Shown: one piece after another, positions 38,101 to 49,350 of the stretch | Layout: each line of letters starts with the position of its first letter | How positions within the stretch are numbered: position 1 is the stretch's first letter | Assembly: GCA_030704615.1 (NCBI GenBank) | Contig: CM060734.1 | Coordinates: forward strand, 26,660,001 to 26,724,000 | DNA: 64,000 nt | DNA from: Takakia lepidozioides | Taxonomy: Eukaryota > Plantae > Bryophyta | Direction of reading: 5' to 3' | The notes under the pieces: model-generated | Told to the model about the DNA's origin: nothing | The model's input: only the letters and a program-made list of their open reading frames with translations | Databases searched by the model: none | Made by a program: the position numbers and the translations under genes

Positions 38101-38729
38101 AAAAGGACATAGGGTTTTTTCGCCAATGGTTTCTTAGAAATGAAAGTGCTGGTGGTGTGTGTTAATTAGGATGCGATGGTGAGGAAACATCGACCCGTCT
38201 CCCTCTTGGATAAGGAGGCAATACCACATATCGATTTTGGCCCAGGAGCGATCATTTTTCGTGGTGAGGAGTGACCCATTGCACCTGATCCGATACAGGC
38301 TGGCGGACACAATCATAGAAGGGACCGGGGCCAAATTTCAGGTGATGCGGAGGATGTTGACACTCCGGGATTGAGTCGGGTGCGCCGCGGGTTGCCCCCT
38401 CGCGGACCACCCCGTGGTGAGAGCCCTGCTAGTCCAGAGGCACAACGCCCATACACGTCCACCTTTGACCCCCCCCCCCCCCCCCCCCCGACAAGATTGA
38501 GTGTTGATGCACTAAGTGTTGGGCACGGATACCGCCGGGCGGCACCAAACCACTGAGGCGGCGACTGCAATTTGTCGAAAAACATTACGCGAAGAGCTTG
38601 ATTGCGGATGCGGCAAATGCGAGTCTTTTTCCACCCCCTCTCATTAACATTTATTCATAGTACATTTGCTATATCTAATAATATAGTATGATTGGTAAAC
38701 ATACATGAAACCAAATTACGATATAAGTA

Positions 38730-39861
38730 TTGATGCGTCGTATACTACGCGCATTGCAGCCACGACTTGATGCCCAAGCTCACAATCACATTGCACGGGA
38801 GGCATTTCGCGCCGATCTGCTTGCAGAATTTGTGCCAGAGCCTGTGCCCGATGTGACCAGTTGGTTCCCCCAGCACCACGTAGATGAGATGCGTAGGGTC
38901 GAGGGGTATCGTAGGTGTCGTAGACGTTATGGCCGACGACGAGCAGCCCCCCCCCCTCCGGTTTCCTCAGGCAGTCCCCCTGATCCAGTGTCCTCATCTG
39001 ATGATTCTCCACGCTCTACATGCAGTAGCAGCTTGAAGGCCGATTGTGCCCCCCCCCCCCCCGGTCTGTTTCTTTGCCCGATCCACCTCTGGTAGTACCT
39101 GATCTGGATGTTGTACCCCCGGCTGCACCTCCAGCATTACATCCTCAACCACCTCCACGTGCATGTGCCCCCCGAACCCCTAGGAGGGGTCGGCTTCGCC
39201 CTAGGTTTCCTCCCCTTCGGCTTGGGTGGCCTGAGCCGGATCCTCACCCCTGATGGGAAGCGCATAGGACTATGTTACTGAGGACCGTTCAGCCTCGTTG
39301 TTGGGGGAATCATCTCGACCCTCCTACCCCCATCCGAGGGCATATGGAGTTCGAGTATTGGGGTAGACGGTATGTTGTGAGAGCCGCTACTGACCCTGCT
39401 ATGGGTCGGGGTTTATTCACAGTCAATGATATTATGGTTCCTCCTGCGAGAAACAACATGGTGGACTTGTTTCCCTACTATGGTCCATATTACACCTCCG
39501 AGGAGTTCCGTACATTATGCCTCGAAGCCCCATATATCCTACCCTACATTTTGTGTGTCAACGAACGGGATGTACGTAGACGGGGGCTATCTCCCATTGA
39601 GATCAGATTTTGTGATGGTGACCCCGATATCTTTGGCAATGTTGTTGGGCTGGTCAACAGTTCTTTTGGTCATCCTAGGAGAACAATGTAGTATGGGACA
39701 AGAGAAGCGATGGGCATGAGAGCTTTTGTGGTCATACGTCGGTATACTATGAGGGGATGCACATGTTTGTGATGACATGTGCTAGTAGGACTATTAGGGC
39801 TGGCAGCGAGCTATTTGCCTCATACGAGTTCTCCCGGGATGATTGGGACCTCTGGTTATAG
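38730..39861 (+). pseudogene. SET-domain (lysine methyltransferase-like) protein with Pro-rich N-terminus
   Basis: GRGLFTVNDI, PYYGPY, DGDPDIFGNVVGLVNSS in ORF 39272-39691. After a frameshift near 39678 the next frame reads ENNVVW...FVMTCASRTIRAGSELFASY, stop at 39859-39861. ORF 39044-39253 is in the same frame as 39272 across one TGA. Confidence 0.8.
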
Positions 39862-40551
39862 CATGAGTGGGATGTGTATGATAGAAATAGGTTTCTTTTG
39901 AGACAGGGATCGCGTAGAGGGGCATTGTAGATATTCTCATGATATACTTTATATACATCCGATTAATCGATTGATGTAAATATCTTTTCTTGTTGCTCAT
40001 ATGGGTTGCAACTTTGCGTATATGATCTGAACATACTTATGCACATGTGGACCAAATATGAGCTTGAACCAAGTTCATTCAATGGGTCATTCAAGTGTTG
40101 AACGCAGCTACGTGTCGTAGAGACGGAAAACTGCGTTTTGTCTGCACATGATTTTTTTTTTTATTCCATTCTGAAGCCATATGCTTAATGACAACATATG
40201 CAATGTGCGTGCAAAATTTGGGAGTAAACAAAAGTCATTTGGACCCAGAACCATATTTTCTTCTCTCATTTGCACTCCAAAGTTGATTTATCTTCAATTT
40301 CATGCACTCTTCATAGAGAGTTCTGCAAAAGTGACCCTTGAAACACATTTTGTTTTTGTCCAATTTTTTGCATGGATGTAGTGGTGCAAACCCCGATGTC
40401 ACAGAACAAAATAGAGCCAAAAATAAAATCATTACGCCCCTCAAAACCGCAATCCTATATTTTCTAAATGTAAATATTCATTTAAAAATCATTTGAATTC
40501 GATTTAATTCAAAATTGGTTCAAGGGTGAGTGCGTTGTTGGGAAGGCGAAT

Positions 40552-40552
<1 letters not shown>

Positions 40553-40601
<49 letters not shown>
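40553..40601. repeat. Poly-T tract (about 49 nt)
   Basis: Seen directly. Confidence 0.95.
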
Positions 40602-41144
40602 CCGTTGAATCTTTGCACAAGTGTTGCACACATATTTAAGCACATGTAGGAAAAAATGAAGCTTGAGCCACATCCGTTTGATGGGTGCAATGGCATGAGA
40701 GGATTTTCTTTCACATTAATAAACAAAATTGATTGATAGGGTGAACGCGTCCTTGGGGAGGCAAATGATTTTGTTTGGGTTTGAAACTTTGCATGCGTGA
40801 CGTTGCGCACATACATGTAATTACTTAATGACATATTTGATGCATGCACACATTGAAGGTTGTTGTTTGCATTTCACTTATAATAAGTTGTATGGTTGCA
40901 AGGACACATTATAATAAATGCCCGTATGTTCATTTGTTCATATCAGGACTTTGTCCCTCCCTTCTCGGTCCTTTCTCTTGGCACCCCATCCGAAAACAAC
41001 CCAAGTACATCAGATGGGAGCCGTGGGCGAGACGCTACCCCCACGGTACCGAACGATGGTGACGATGACAGTGACAGTGACAGTGACAACAACAATGAGG
41101 ATGGAATTAACCAGGAGGATGTGCAAGCCATGTAGGATCTCTTA

Positions 41145-42660
41145 ATGCATCATGTGGGCGCTGATGCATCCCATGGAGAGGAAACCCGGCCAATCGATGA
41201 TCCTGAAATGGCCCCCTCAAATGACATGGAGAGGGAGGCGAGAACTCCTTTGTACGAAGGGGCGAAAGTGAGTCGACTTTCAACAATATTACTTTTGCTC
41301 AATCTTCAAATTCGATTTGGCATAAGTAATGTTGGGATGTCTGCCATAAAAAGTATGACGCCTCCCGAGGGAGCGTAACTTATGGTGTCGCTTCACCACA
41401 AGGGTTACTGCCTGCTGAAAGGTGGACACCTTCATGACACACCAGACCGTGGTTTGAACCCACAACCACATCCAACATGGTATGTGCCCATTACCACTGG
41501 GCTATATGCTGGTTGTCGATGTCTGCCATAATGCGAACTATTGCGGACTATATCCTTGCTCCACACTTGAAACCCAAGATGTCACGGTCGCGGAAAGAGG
41601 CGCGCGAAGTCTTGGACTCTGTAGGGATGGGCTATAAGATTTTTCATGCATGTCCATGTGATAAAAACCCTATACTACAGAGAGGATTCGCGTCTCACCA
41701 AGTGCCCAAAGTGCAAGAAAGACCGATATCGGGATGATGTCCAAGGGAAAAAAGTACCACGCAAGGTATTAGCGCCATTCCCCCTTGAATGGAAATTATT
41801 TTCTTTAATTTTCTTGATGCATGTAAAGTGTATTCCACAAAGTTTAGGGTTTATAGAGTAGTACTCATGCAAGATCTTATTGTGGCTTTGGAAGGAGTGA
41901 GTAATATTAGCGACGTTCGGTTTTGACCATTCTTTTCCTAATGAGGGAGAGGGTGCATAAAGGGAAAGACATAAGGGTGTTGTATTATGTGTGCTAATGG
42001 GATGATTACATGTGGGGGACGTGGGGTATTTCATCCTAGAAAATGCATTACTTTCTGATGATCCTGCGATTGAAGGCACACTACCGAAGCCCCTCATTGG
42101 CAACACTGATGAGATGGCACGCCTCGCATCGGAGCCCCCCGGAAAAGGTGTGCGGGCCACAAGATTCACAAGCAGAGATGTGGCCTTTTCTCTTGGAGGA
42201 CCCACGACATGTCCGCCTCGGCTTCTCCTCGGATGGGGTCAACCTATACTTTGTCCAGTCATGTAGTCATTCCACTTGGCCGGTGACCATGGTGAATTAC
42301 AACATCCCTCCGTATCTTTCAATAAAAAAAAGGCCATATCATGTTGGCTGCCATTGTACCAGGTGAGTGTTCCCATTTCATTCTTATTATTCCCTTGGAC
42401 TTTACATTAATCTTCTGATCTCTGGCGCAATTTGGATGCAAGATTGATGAGTGACATAATCATGTAGTAAGACGCGTAATTCATTATGTAGTATAATTTG
42501 CATACTAGTGGAGCATTGAAACAATGATGTGAATGTCTCACAGGGAAAAAACAAGTGGTAAACATGGACACGTACTTGCGACCTCTAGTTGATGAACTTA
42601 AGGAGCTATGGAGGGGGTTCCCGGCATTGGATGCTTCACTTGACCCAGGATCGAAAGCTT
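41145..42660 (+). pseudogene. CACTA/En-Spm transposase (Tnp2/Transposase_21 type), fragmented, with introns
   Basis: TPLYEGAKVSRLSTILLLLNLQ; GMGYKIFHACPCD...CPKC...RY; DPRHVRLGFSSDGVN...STWPVTMVNYNIPP; GT-AG intron 42364-42543, then KKQVVNMDTYLRPLVDELKELW. Confidence 0.9.
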
Positions 42661-44880
42661 ACAACGACAGCTGAAGGCATTCCAATGCAAAGAGGAACAA
42701 GAACTGAGAAGTTCTACTCGTCAGCAGGTCGATGATCACATTCTTCAGCTATGGTTGAACGGCGAGCCGGTGGATGGCAAGGTGCCTCGCAAATTGACTA
42801 GGGAAGAAATCATAGATTTCCAACAGCAAGTGCAGGCCATTGCCACCAATACTATTGACGGAGTCTATAGTACAATAGCTGATTTGCAGGAAGACATGGA
42901 CACTCTTCAGATTCAAGTGGATGAATTGATCTCTGGCATGGAGAAGCGGTGACAATTGGAGGTCAATGAGGCACAAGCTAAACAGGTTTTGGATACAGGG
43001 GCTACAGTATCACAGTTACCCAAGGTATCACATGTGGACTTGAGCACTCACTCAGCTTGCTGTCTAGAATGAACCCTTTGTTCCACCACAGACTTTTGCT
43101 CAGCAGGCCTATAATGATGTTATACTTCTACCTCTTGGGCAGATTCCCCAAGTCATGGAAATGGCTTGGAAACATTTCACACCTGTGCAGTCATTGGGGC
43201 AATATTACCACATCATGCGTCATTGGTTTCCATTGGCAACAAGGCACCGAGTTTTTGATGCGAACACGCAGTTGGAGGATCATGTCTTTGCTTAGTGGTG
43301 GCACGGTGCAAGTGACATGATGAAGGAGTTGCTAGCATTCCAAGTTATTCATGGTCTGGTGTCGACCAAAACCAAGGAGGCAGCCAGCATTGTCATAGGA
43401 TGTGGTACTTACTATGCAGCTTATTTTCTTCTCAGATACCAAATCGAGCGACAAACAATGCATCAGAGGTATCTCTCTTTTTCCAATGGACCTCAATGGC
43501 AACTGCCTCTGCCTCCCCAGTTTACATCTCATGATGTCAGACTCATCTCCAGTATGAGACACAGCTCCGGTCTTGGTTTCAGAAGGCCCAAGATCACCTG
43601 ACACAGATTCTCTGGGATCATAATCATATTTTTCTTAAGGGGCAGATGGCCAGGCAATGGCTTGAGACCTCCAAGCATCTCCCAAAACCACCCAATTACA
43701 CCTTGGGTGCATTGCGCACATATACTGCCCTGGCTAGGAAGAAAGTAGACAAAGCTTGTCTTGACAATGTTCCAGACATGGTAGGCATTGATGGGATGCC
43801 AATGGACCTATTAGTTTAGCACAGGAGCCAGAAGAGCCAGCATAATGCGAAAGAACCCCATGTCTCGGGTTCGTCCAGTAAAGATGTGTTGGACATCACG
43901 GAGCAGTATGAACAGGTCATGGGTGACAGAGCAAGGAGGAGTTCTCCCATTCCTGAAAGGTTTCCCAACTATATTAGGCCAGGACAATCAGCTCCAGTCA
44001 GCAGACAGCCATCTCCGCCACGGACAGATGCAGTTTGGGCTAAAACTCTAAGCCCTCGCACCAACTCTCGTCCACGAAAAGGTGCCCGTTCACCAAGGTA
44101 TGAAGACCCCACACATTAACCATGAGGGCACGGCTTTTTTGGAGAGGGAGGGATAATGTTATAGGGCTGTCTGGGACTTAGGCAGAATCGGGGTTTTTGT
44201 GGGTACCCCTAATTTTTGCGCAGCTGTGGTGCTTCATGACTATGTGATCACAGCCCGACACAGGTCACAGGTCACAGTCACAGGGTGTGACGACCTGTGG
44301 TGCTTCATGACTGTGCGATCACAACTCGACACAGGTCACAGCTCGACTCAGGTCATAGGCGCTGTTACCACAGATGGGGAACGGGAGGCGAGAACACCAC
44401 CAGCGGGGACAAAGTGTAGTTACGAGCTGACTGGCGGTTAGAGGCACGGTTAGACGGTTATAGCCTGCAGGTGAAGAGCCAGCGGAAAGGGGAGGAAAGG
44501 GGGACTTTTGGATCACTTCTTGATCACTTCTTGGAGCACTGGGAGCATCAGGGGAAGAAGCACGTTCTTGAGCACAGGGATGGAGAGCACAGTGGAGGAG
44601 GAGACACGATCTGACGATGCTTGATACATGCAAGCCGTAGAGTAGGGCAGAATAGAGACACCATGGCTTTGGCCTGATACTTGATAGAAATTAATATGAT
44701 TCCTATTACATATTCACACTGTGTAGAGAGATCTAAGTGAAGATATGGAATGAATGCTTAAGTAGATGGAACATGGTAGATTGTAGAAGCAATCTGATAC
44801 TTAATTCTAGGCAGTAAGGTTATAACTTACTAAACATGAATGCAAGAAGGAATAGAAATAGGAAAGCACCCCCCATGATA
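42660..44880 (+). mobile_element. 3' end of an LTR retrotransposon (decayed extra ORF, PPT 44141-44156, LTR about 44157-44880)
   Basis: GGAGAGGGAGGGATAA followed directly by TGTTATAGGG; imperfect inverted end CCCCATGATA at 44871-44880. Confidence 0.5.
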
Positions 44881-44892
44881 CACTAGTTGTAG

Positions 44893-46161
44893 GTCATGAC
44901 TGATTGTTCTGAGCGGGATGAGTACTCCAACTCTTCTATCTTGGAGTTTCCACCTCGGATGGCGAAGGGATGGGTGAGTAACAGCCGCTCAACAGAGTGT
45001 GCCAATGAGAGTTTTTTGGCGGCATTGGATGGGCGGGGCGCCATGTTGGCACACATCAAGCAAATGGAGAGGCTGAAAGGCAAAGCAGTGAAGAAGACGG
45101 TTGTAGAAGAGCCTTCCGACACCCCTGGGTTTCTAAAGATGGTGGAGTTCTTTGAGAGGACAAGTGCAGGGAAGGATTGCAGGAGGGGTGGAAAATAGAC
45201 CAAGTGGTCTTGCGATATGATCATCTTGGATATTCCGGATGGAGAGCCTGTGGAAGGACTGGATGTTGTGCCGTCTTGGAACACTAGGTACTCCGAGGAC
45301 TTGTGGAAAAAAAGATTTGGGCTAGCCCGCATGGTGTTGGACGACAGAGGGTGTATGGTTGTCCTAGCCAACAGAGGCAAAAACACAGAGGCAGGAATTG
45401 CAAAGTGGACCCGCAAGAGTGCCGTCCCAATTCTAAAGAAGAAGTGGACGTGCATCAACACATTGGGCCCTCGCTCGGAAGAGAAGATGGTAATTACCAC
45501 ATTGGCAACCCTGGTGGCATTTTTAAAGGTGATTTGAAATGCGGTGTCGAATTCACATTCTGATCGTTTTCCACTGTGTTTGCAGACAAAGCAGTTCGAT
45601 GCCTACTTCTTTGTGAAGGAGAACTCGACCTTTGCTTTCCGGAAGGATGGATTGTTGGTTGACCCCAACTGCAACCCCATCGATTATGACGTCCTGTTCA
45701 ACAACGTTACCACGGAACTACTCCCTCATTGCCTCACTTCAATGGATCCCTGTGGTATTCACGGACTGACTCGAAGCCCTGCCTTTATCCAGACCATTAT
45801 GGAGACATGCAGCTCGCTGGAGGGCAGAGTGCTCGACCTCATATGTGGAACAGGTATGCAGATTTTGGTACTACTTTGTATTCTGAATTTTCAATTTGTT
45901 CATATTCTCCATTTCTTAAGGGCCATGTGTGCATAATGAGTGGATGTCCTTGTCTCAGGTGCCTCAATGTGGGCTGGCCGGTTTTCCAACCGGCACGTCT
46001 TTGCCTTCGAGGAGGACAGATCCGTGTGGGGATCCCATCTGGAAGGGCTTCAACGAAATGTGAAGGCTACCATCGCAGCCACTGACTCCTCGGAGGATTC
46101 CTTGGACTCGGAGGAAGAGACAGTGGACATTGATGATGAGGAGAACCCGGAATACGAGTGA
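44893..46161 (+). pseudogene. Beta-class (permuted) N4-cytosine/N6-adenine DNA methyltransferase-like gene, three exons, one in-frame TAG
   Basis: Exons about 44893-45489, 45586-45853 and 45959-46161, joined by phase-compatible GT-AG introns. CDMIILDIPDG (DPPY position), LARMVLDDRG, YFFVK, RSPAFIQTIMETCSSLEGRVLDLICGTG|ASMWAGRFSNRHVFAFEED (SAM-binding motif). Confidence 0.78.
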
Positions 46162-46870
46162 GTGGAATCATTGTAAGTTTGCAAAGCCTTCTGGGTCATT
46201 CTTTCTTTCACGACAATGTCAGATTGTGGTTCTCATTGGTCTGGGAAACTGATTATTATGTGCAGGATTCCAAGATCTGCGTCGAAATCAATGGCGCCTA
46301 CATTTCTTGCCAGGGAGGATGTCCCGTTCTTTGCCAGGTCGGGCTTCCTGAAGAGCCCAGTGAAGGACTACTCCCTTCCTAGTTATGCAGCTAAGCTTGC
46401 AAAGACAGCGATTAGGCGATGTGAGAATCCCAGTAAAGTAGAGCTGATTTTGGAGAGGGCTAGGGAGGAGAGAAGGAAGTGGAGAGAGTTGGCTGCAGCT
46501 CAGACCCGGAAATGCGTGCAATTATGTATGTGATTCCACGGAAGAGAGCGATGCAGACAAGGAGGACGACGACCCAACGGAGGTCAAATGGTCAGTTCCT
46601 CAAGGGGAAGTTGGAATCTTTGAAAGCGTAGCCAACGATCAGTCCGCTGGGCATGACAAAGAAGATGAGGGCGTGGAAGGAGAGCAGGACAGTCAAGGAC
46701 AGGATGAGGAGAGTTATGATGATTTCCAAGATGGGTAGATATTTAAATAAGTCTTTGTACATTTTAATTCTCTTCCTGAATATATATCGGAATTTTTTTT
46801 GAAGTTGAGGTCGCCTCGCCCCTGTGCTTCTTAATGACACCACCTCCGCAACCACCTCCATCCCGAAACC

Positions 46871-47291
46871 GTAAATGCGGTACCGCATTTCCATCTCGGA
46901 ACGAAAATGCGGCACCGCATTTACATAATTCGTTTTGGAAATGCGGCACCGCATTTCCATAAGCGGCATGGAAATTTGTCCATTTCCTGTGGCGGGCACA
47001 GTAATAAGGCACCGCAAATCGAAGGGCTGAACGGAAATGCGGTGCCGCATTTCTATGGCCAATAGGGAATTTCCATGTCAGATATGGAAATGCGGTGCCA
47101 CATTTCCATGTCCAATGTGGAAATGCAGTGCCGCATTTCCAATTCGAAGTATGGAAATGCCATGTGAATGCAGCCATTTCCGTTATGCAGACTGAAATGC
47201 GGCGCCGCATTTCCGTTGCGACCTGCACATTACAGGTGAAGCTACCGGACATAAATGCATGGGAACAAGGGAAATGCGGTGTCGCATTTCC
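46871..47291. repeat. Array of eight ~22-bp palindromes, consensus GGAAATGCGG(CA/TG)CCGCATTTCC
   Basis: Copies at about 46871, 46903, 46937, 47033, 47086, 47119, 47193 and 47270, with irregular spacing. Confidence 0.92.
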
Positions 47292-47575
47292 CAACTTGGG
47301 CATGTACAACTTTTCGTTTCTGCAAAGACGCATTTCGCTTGACCTGATGACTCTGATATCGCTCTTCTGGTGATTGATGTGGAAATAGACATTGTACAAA
47401 TGACATCACAAATTCTCAACAGTGGCCAAAAAGAGCAGTGCATAGAATACAATGAAACTGAGGATGCACATTACACAGAAGTGAGGGCACGATGGGTTGT
47501 TTTATTGATTGAACACGGTGTCTCACATTAAGCAAGTCCAAACAAATCTAAACCCTTCCGCCTTCTATATGGGCG

Positions 47576-48154
47576 TCACCACGTCAACGGAACTTCAATA
47601 GCCCTGAAAACAAGCTCATTAGTGAGGCGGCACCTCCACATAAATTGCATTACAGTCGTGCTAGTGCCCTTGGTGGAGCTAACGACAATGTCATGCCCAT
47701 CAATGATACCACCATCATACATTGATAGGGTCACTGTGGGCCTCATGTTCCCGTGCGATTCGTCCTCAGAACTCATGCGAATGTCCCCATACACTGGAAA
47801 AACGGAGTGAACTCGATGAATAAAGTTTTCCCCGGTGCAGTCCTCCCTGGTCCACTGGCAGCAGTTCCAGCGCCAAAGCATGGCCGTGCGTGATCTATCC
47901 GGCTTCCCATTCCAGCTGGGTATATTGAGGTCAACAATTTGCAGCACCCACGGACCGCATTGACCCTCACCCTCACCCCGCTCAAAGCTATAATAGTCCT
48001 CCAAATACTCCATTGCGCGCAATGACTCCCGCTTGACTCCAGAAGCGTAAGTGAAAACAATGAGCCAGACAATGATGTCTCCTGATTTTGGTTTGAACAT
48101 TGCATAATCGTGGCCATGATAAGGGCAGTCAGGAGGATTGCGGCGGCACGGCAT
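47576..48154 (-). CDS. Unknown 192-aa protein, paralogous to 48952-49350
   Basis: Intact ORF; shares the PDR...W.CCQW...GD..M..ED...Y.G pattern with the neighbouring ORF. Confidence 0.55.
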   Translation of the reverse strand: MPCRRNPPDCPYHGHDYAMFKPKSGDIIVWLIVFTYASGVKRESLRAMEYLEDYYSFERGEGEGQCGPWVLQIVDLNIPSWNGKPDRSRTAMLWRWNCCQWTREDCTGENFIHRVHSVFPVYGDIRMSSEDESHGNMRPTVTLSMYDGGIIDGHDIVVSSTKGTSTTVMQFMWRCRLTNELVFRAIEVPLTW

Positions 48155-48951
48155 CCTTGCAGAAGAGTAGCGGAGGACGCTGAATGACAGCAGCTTCTAG
48201 ATGCAAGAGGCAGCAGCGCGGAGGCAGGAAGCTGTGCAAGGAGATGACAATGAGTTTGCAAACGATGCCCTTCGTGACTTATACTCCAGGGCAGATTTAA
48301 ATTTCCCCCTCACATGAACTTGCACGGATGAAGATTGGCAGCTCCATGAATGTAGCCGTTTCAGTTTCCATCCCTGCCATGCAAACTATGCGCCGTAAGT
48401 CTCACCCGGTTTGCCAGGTGGGCCTATCGCCCCTCAAAACAACTTCATCCAACTCCCCTTGGATGTAATGCGGCGCCAAATTTCCAGCCGGGGGGATGGA
48501 CTTTGGTGCTAGGTGGCCGACTGTTCCCCCGACACCATTTCATCCAACCCACCCTGGATGAAAATTCGGCGCCGCATTCCCATCCGGGGGTCCTCAAGTT
48601 GGGTGACAGTTGTGCTTCTCTCCCCCCGAGAAGGTTTCATCCAATTCCCACCGGATGGAAATATGGCGCCGCATTCCATCCGGGGGGGTCGCTATTGCCT
48701 ATCATCCTCCCCCCGGACTGTATATAGTTCGTTCCTAGTGTGCGGCTTTTCTTCACAATCCCCATTTCCCCTTCCGCTGCTTATTTGCTCATTCCTTCCG
48801 TCGTTTCTATGGCGTGTTGCTATGTCCAGGTCCACTTTTCAGCGATGAGCCGCCTGAACACCAAGTGTCCATACATGTCCACGAGTGGACTCGGGATCTG
48901 TTGGACAGATGGGGAGATTAGCTGCGTAGTGGTATTTGGCGACTTTGGAAC

Positions 48952-49350
48952 ATGCGGATCGGGGACACAGACTTCCCACTTTCCGAGGACCCGGATAGAT
49001 GGCATGTTGCAACATTACATGAGTGGAGGTGTTGTCAGTGGGTGTTTGTCGATATCATCTCCATGCAGTTCAACCGGGAGTACTGTGCGGACCCGGCATC
49101 GTTTGGGGATGTTTGGATGAGGGGTGAGGACTTGAACGGACCTGCCGAGCTCTCCGTTTCGATCCATTTCTATAATGGGGTCGAAGAGTTGGAGGAAGAC
49201 GAGGTGGTGGTGCACTTCGATCAGAACCGCCACCAAGTGCCCTATGTTTTCACGAGGTTGCTGAGGAAGGTCGTGAGGATAGGATGGTTGGGTGCCCTTG
49301 GACAACAAGGACATGGTGGACCTCTTGGAGTCCATCTCGCACGTTTGTAG
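48952..49350 (+). pseudogene. Unknown protein, paralogous to 47576-48154; upstream in-frame TAG
   Basis: PDRWHVATLHEWRCCQW...FGDVWMRGED...HFYNG; the frame stays open upstream past a TAG near 48919. Confidence 0.5.

Noticed and set aside
46871-47291. CRISPR array
   Set aside because: Spacing is irregular (about 10-75 bp), the units are short full palindromes, there are no cas genes, and the context is a eukaryotic transposon.
46592-47452. Repetitive ORFs (MRHRIS / KCGTAF / NAVPHF) as real proteins
   Set aside because: They are translations of the palindrome array.
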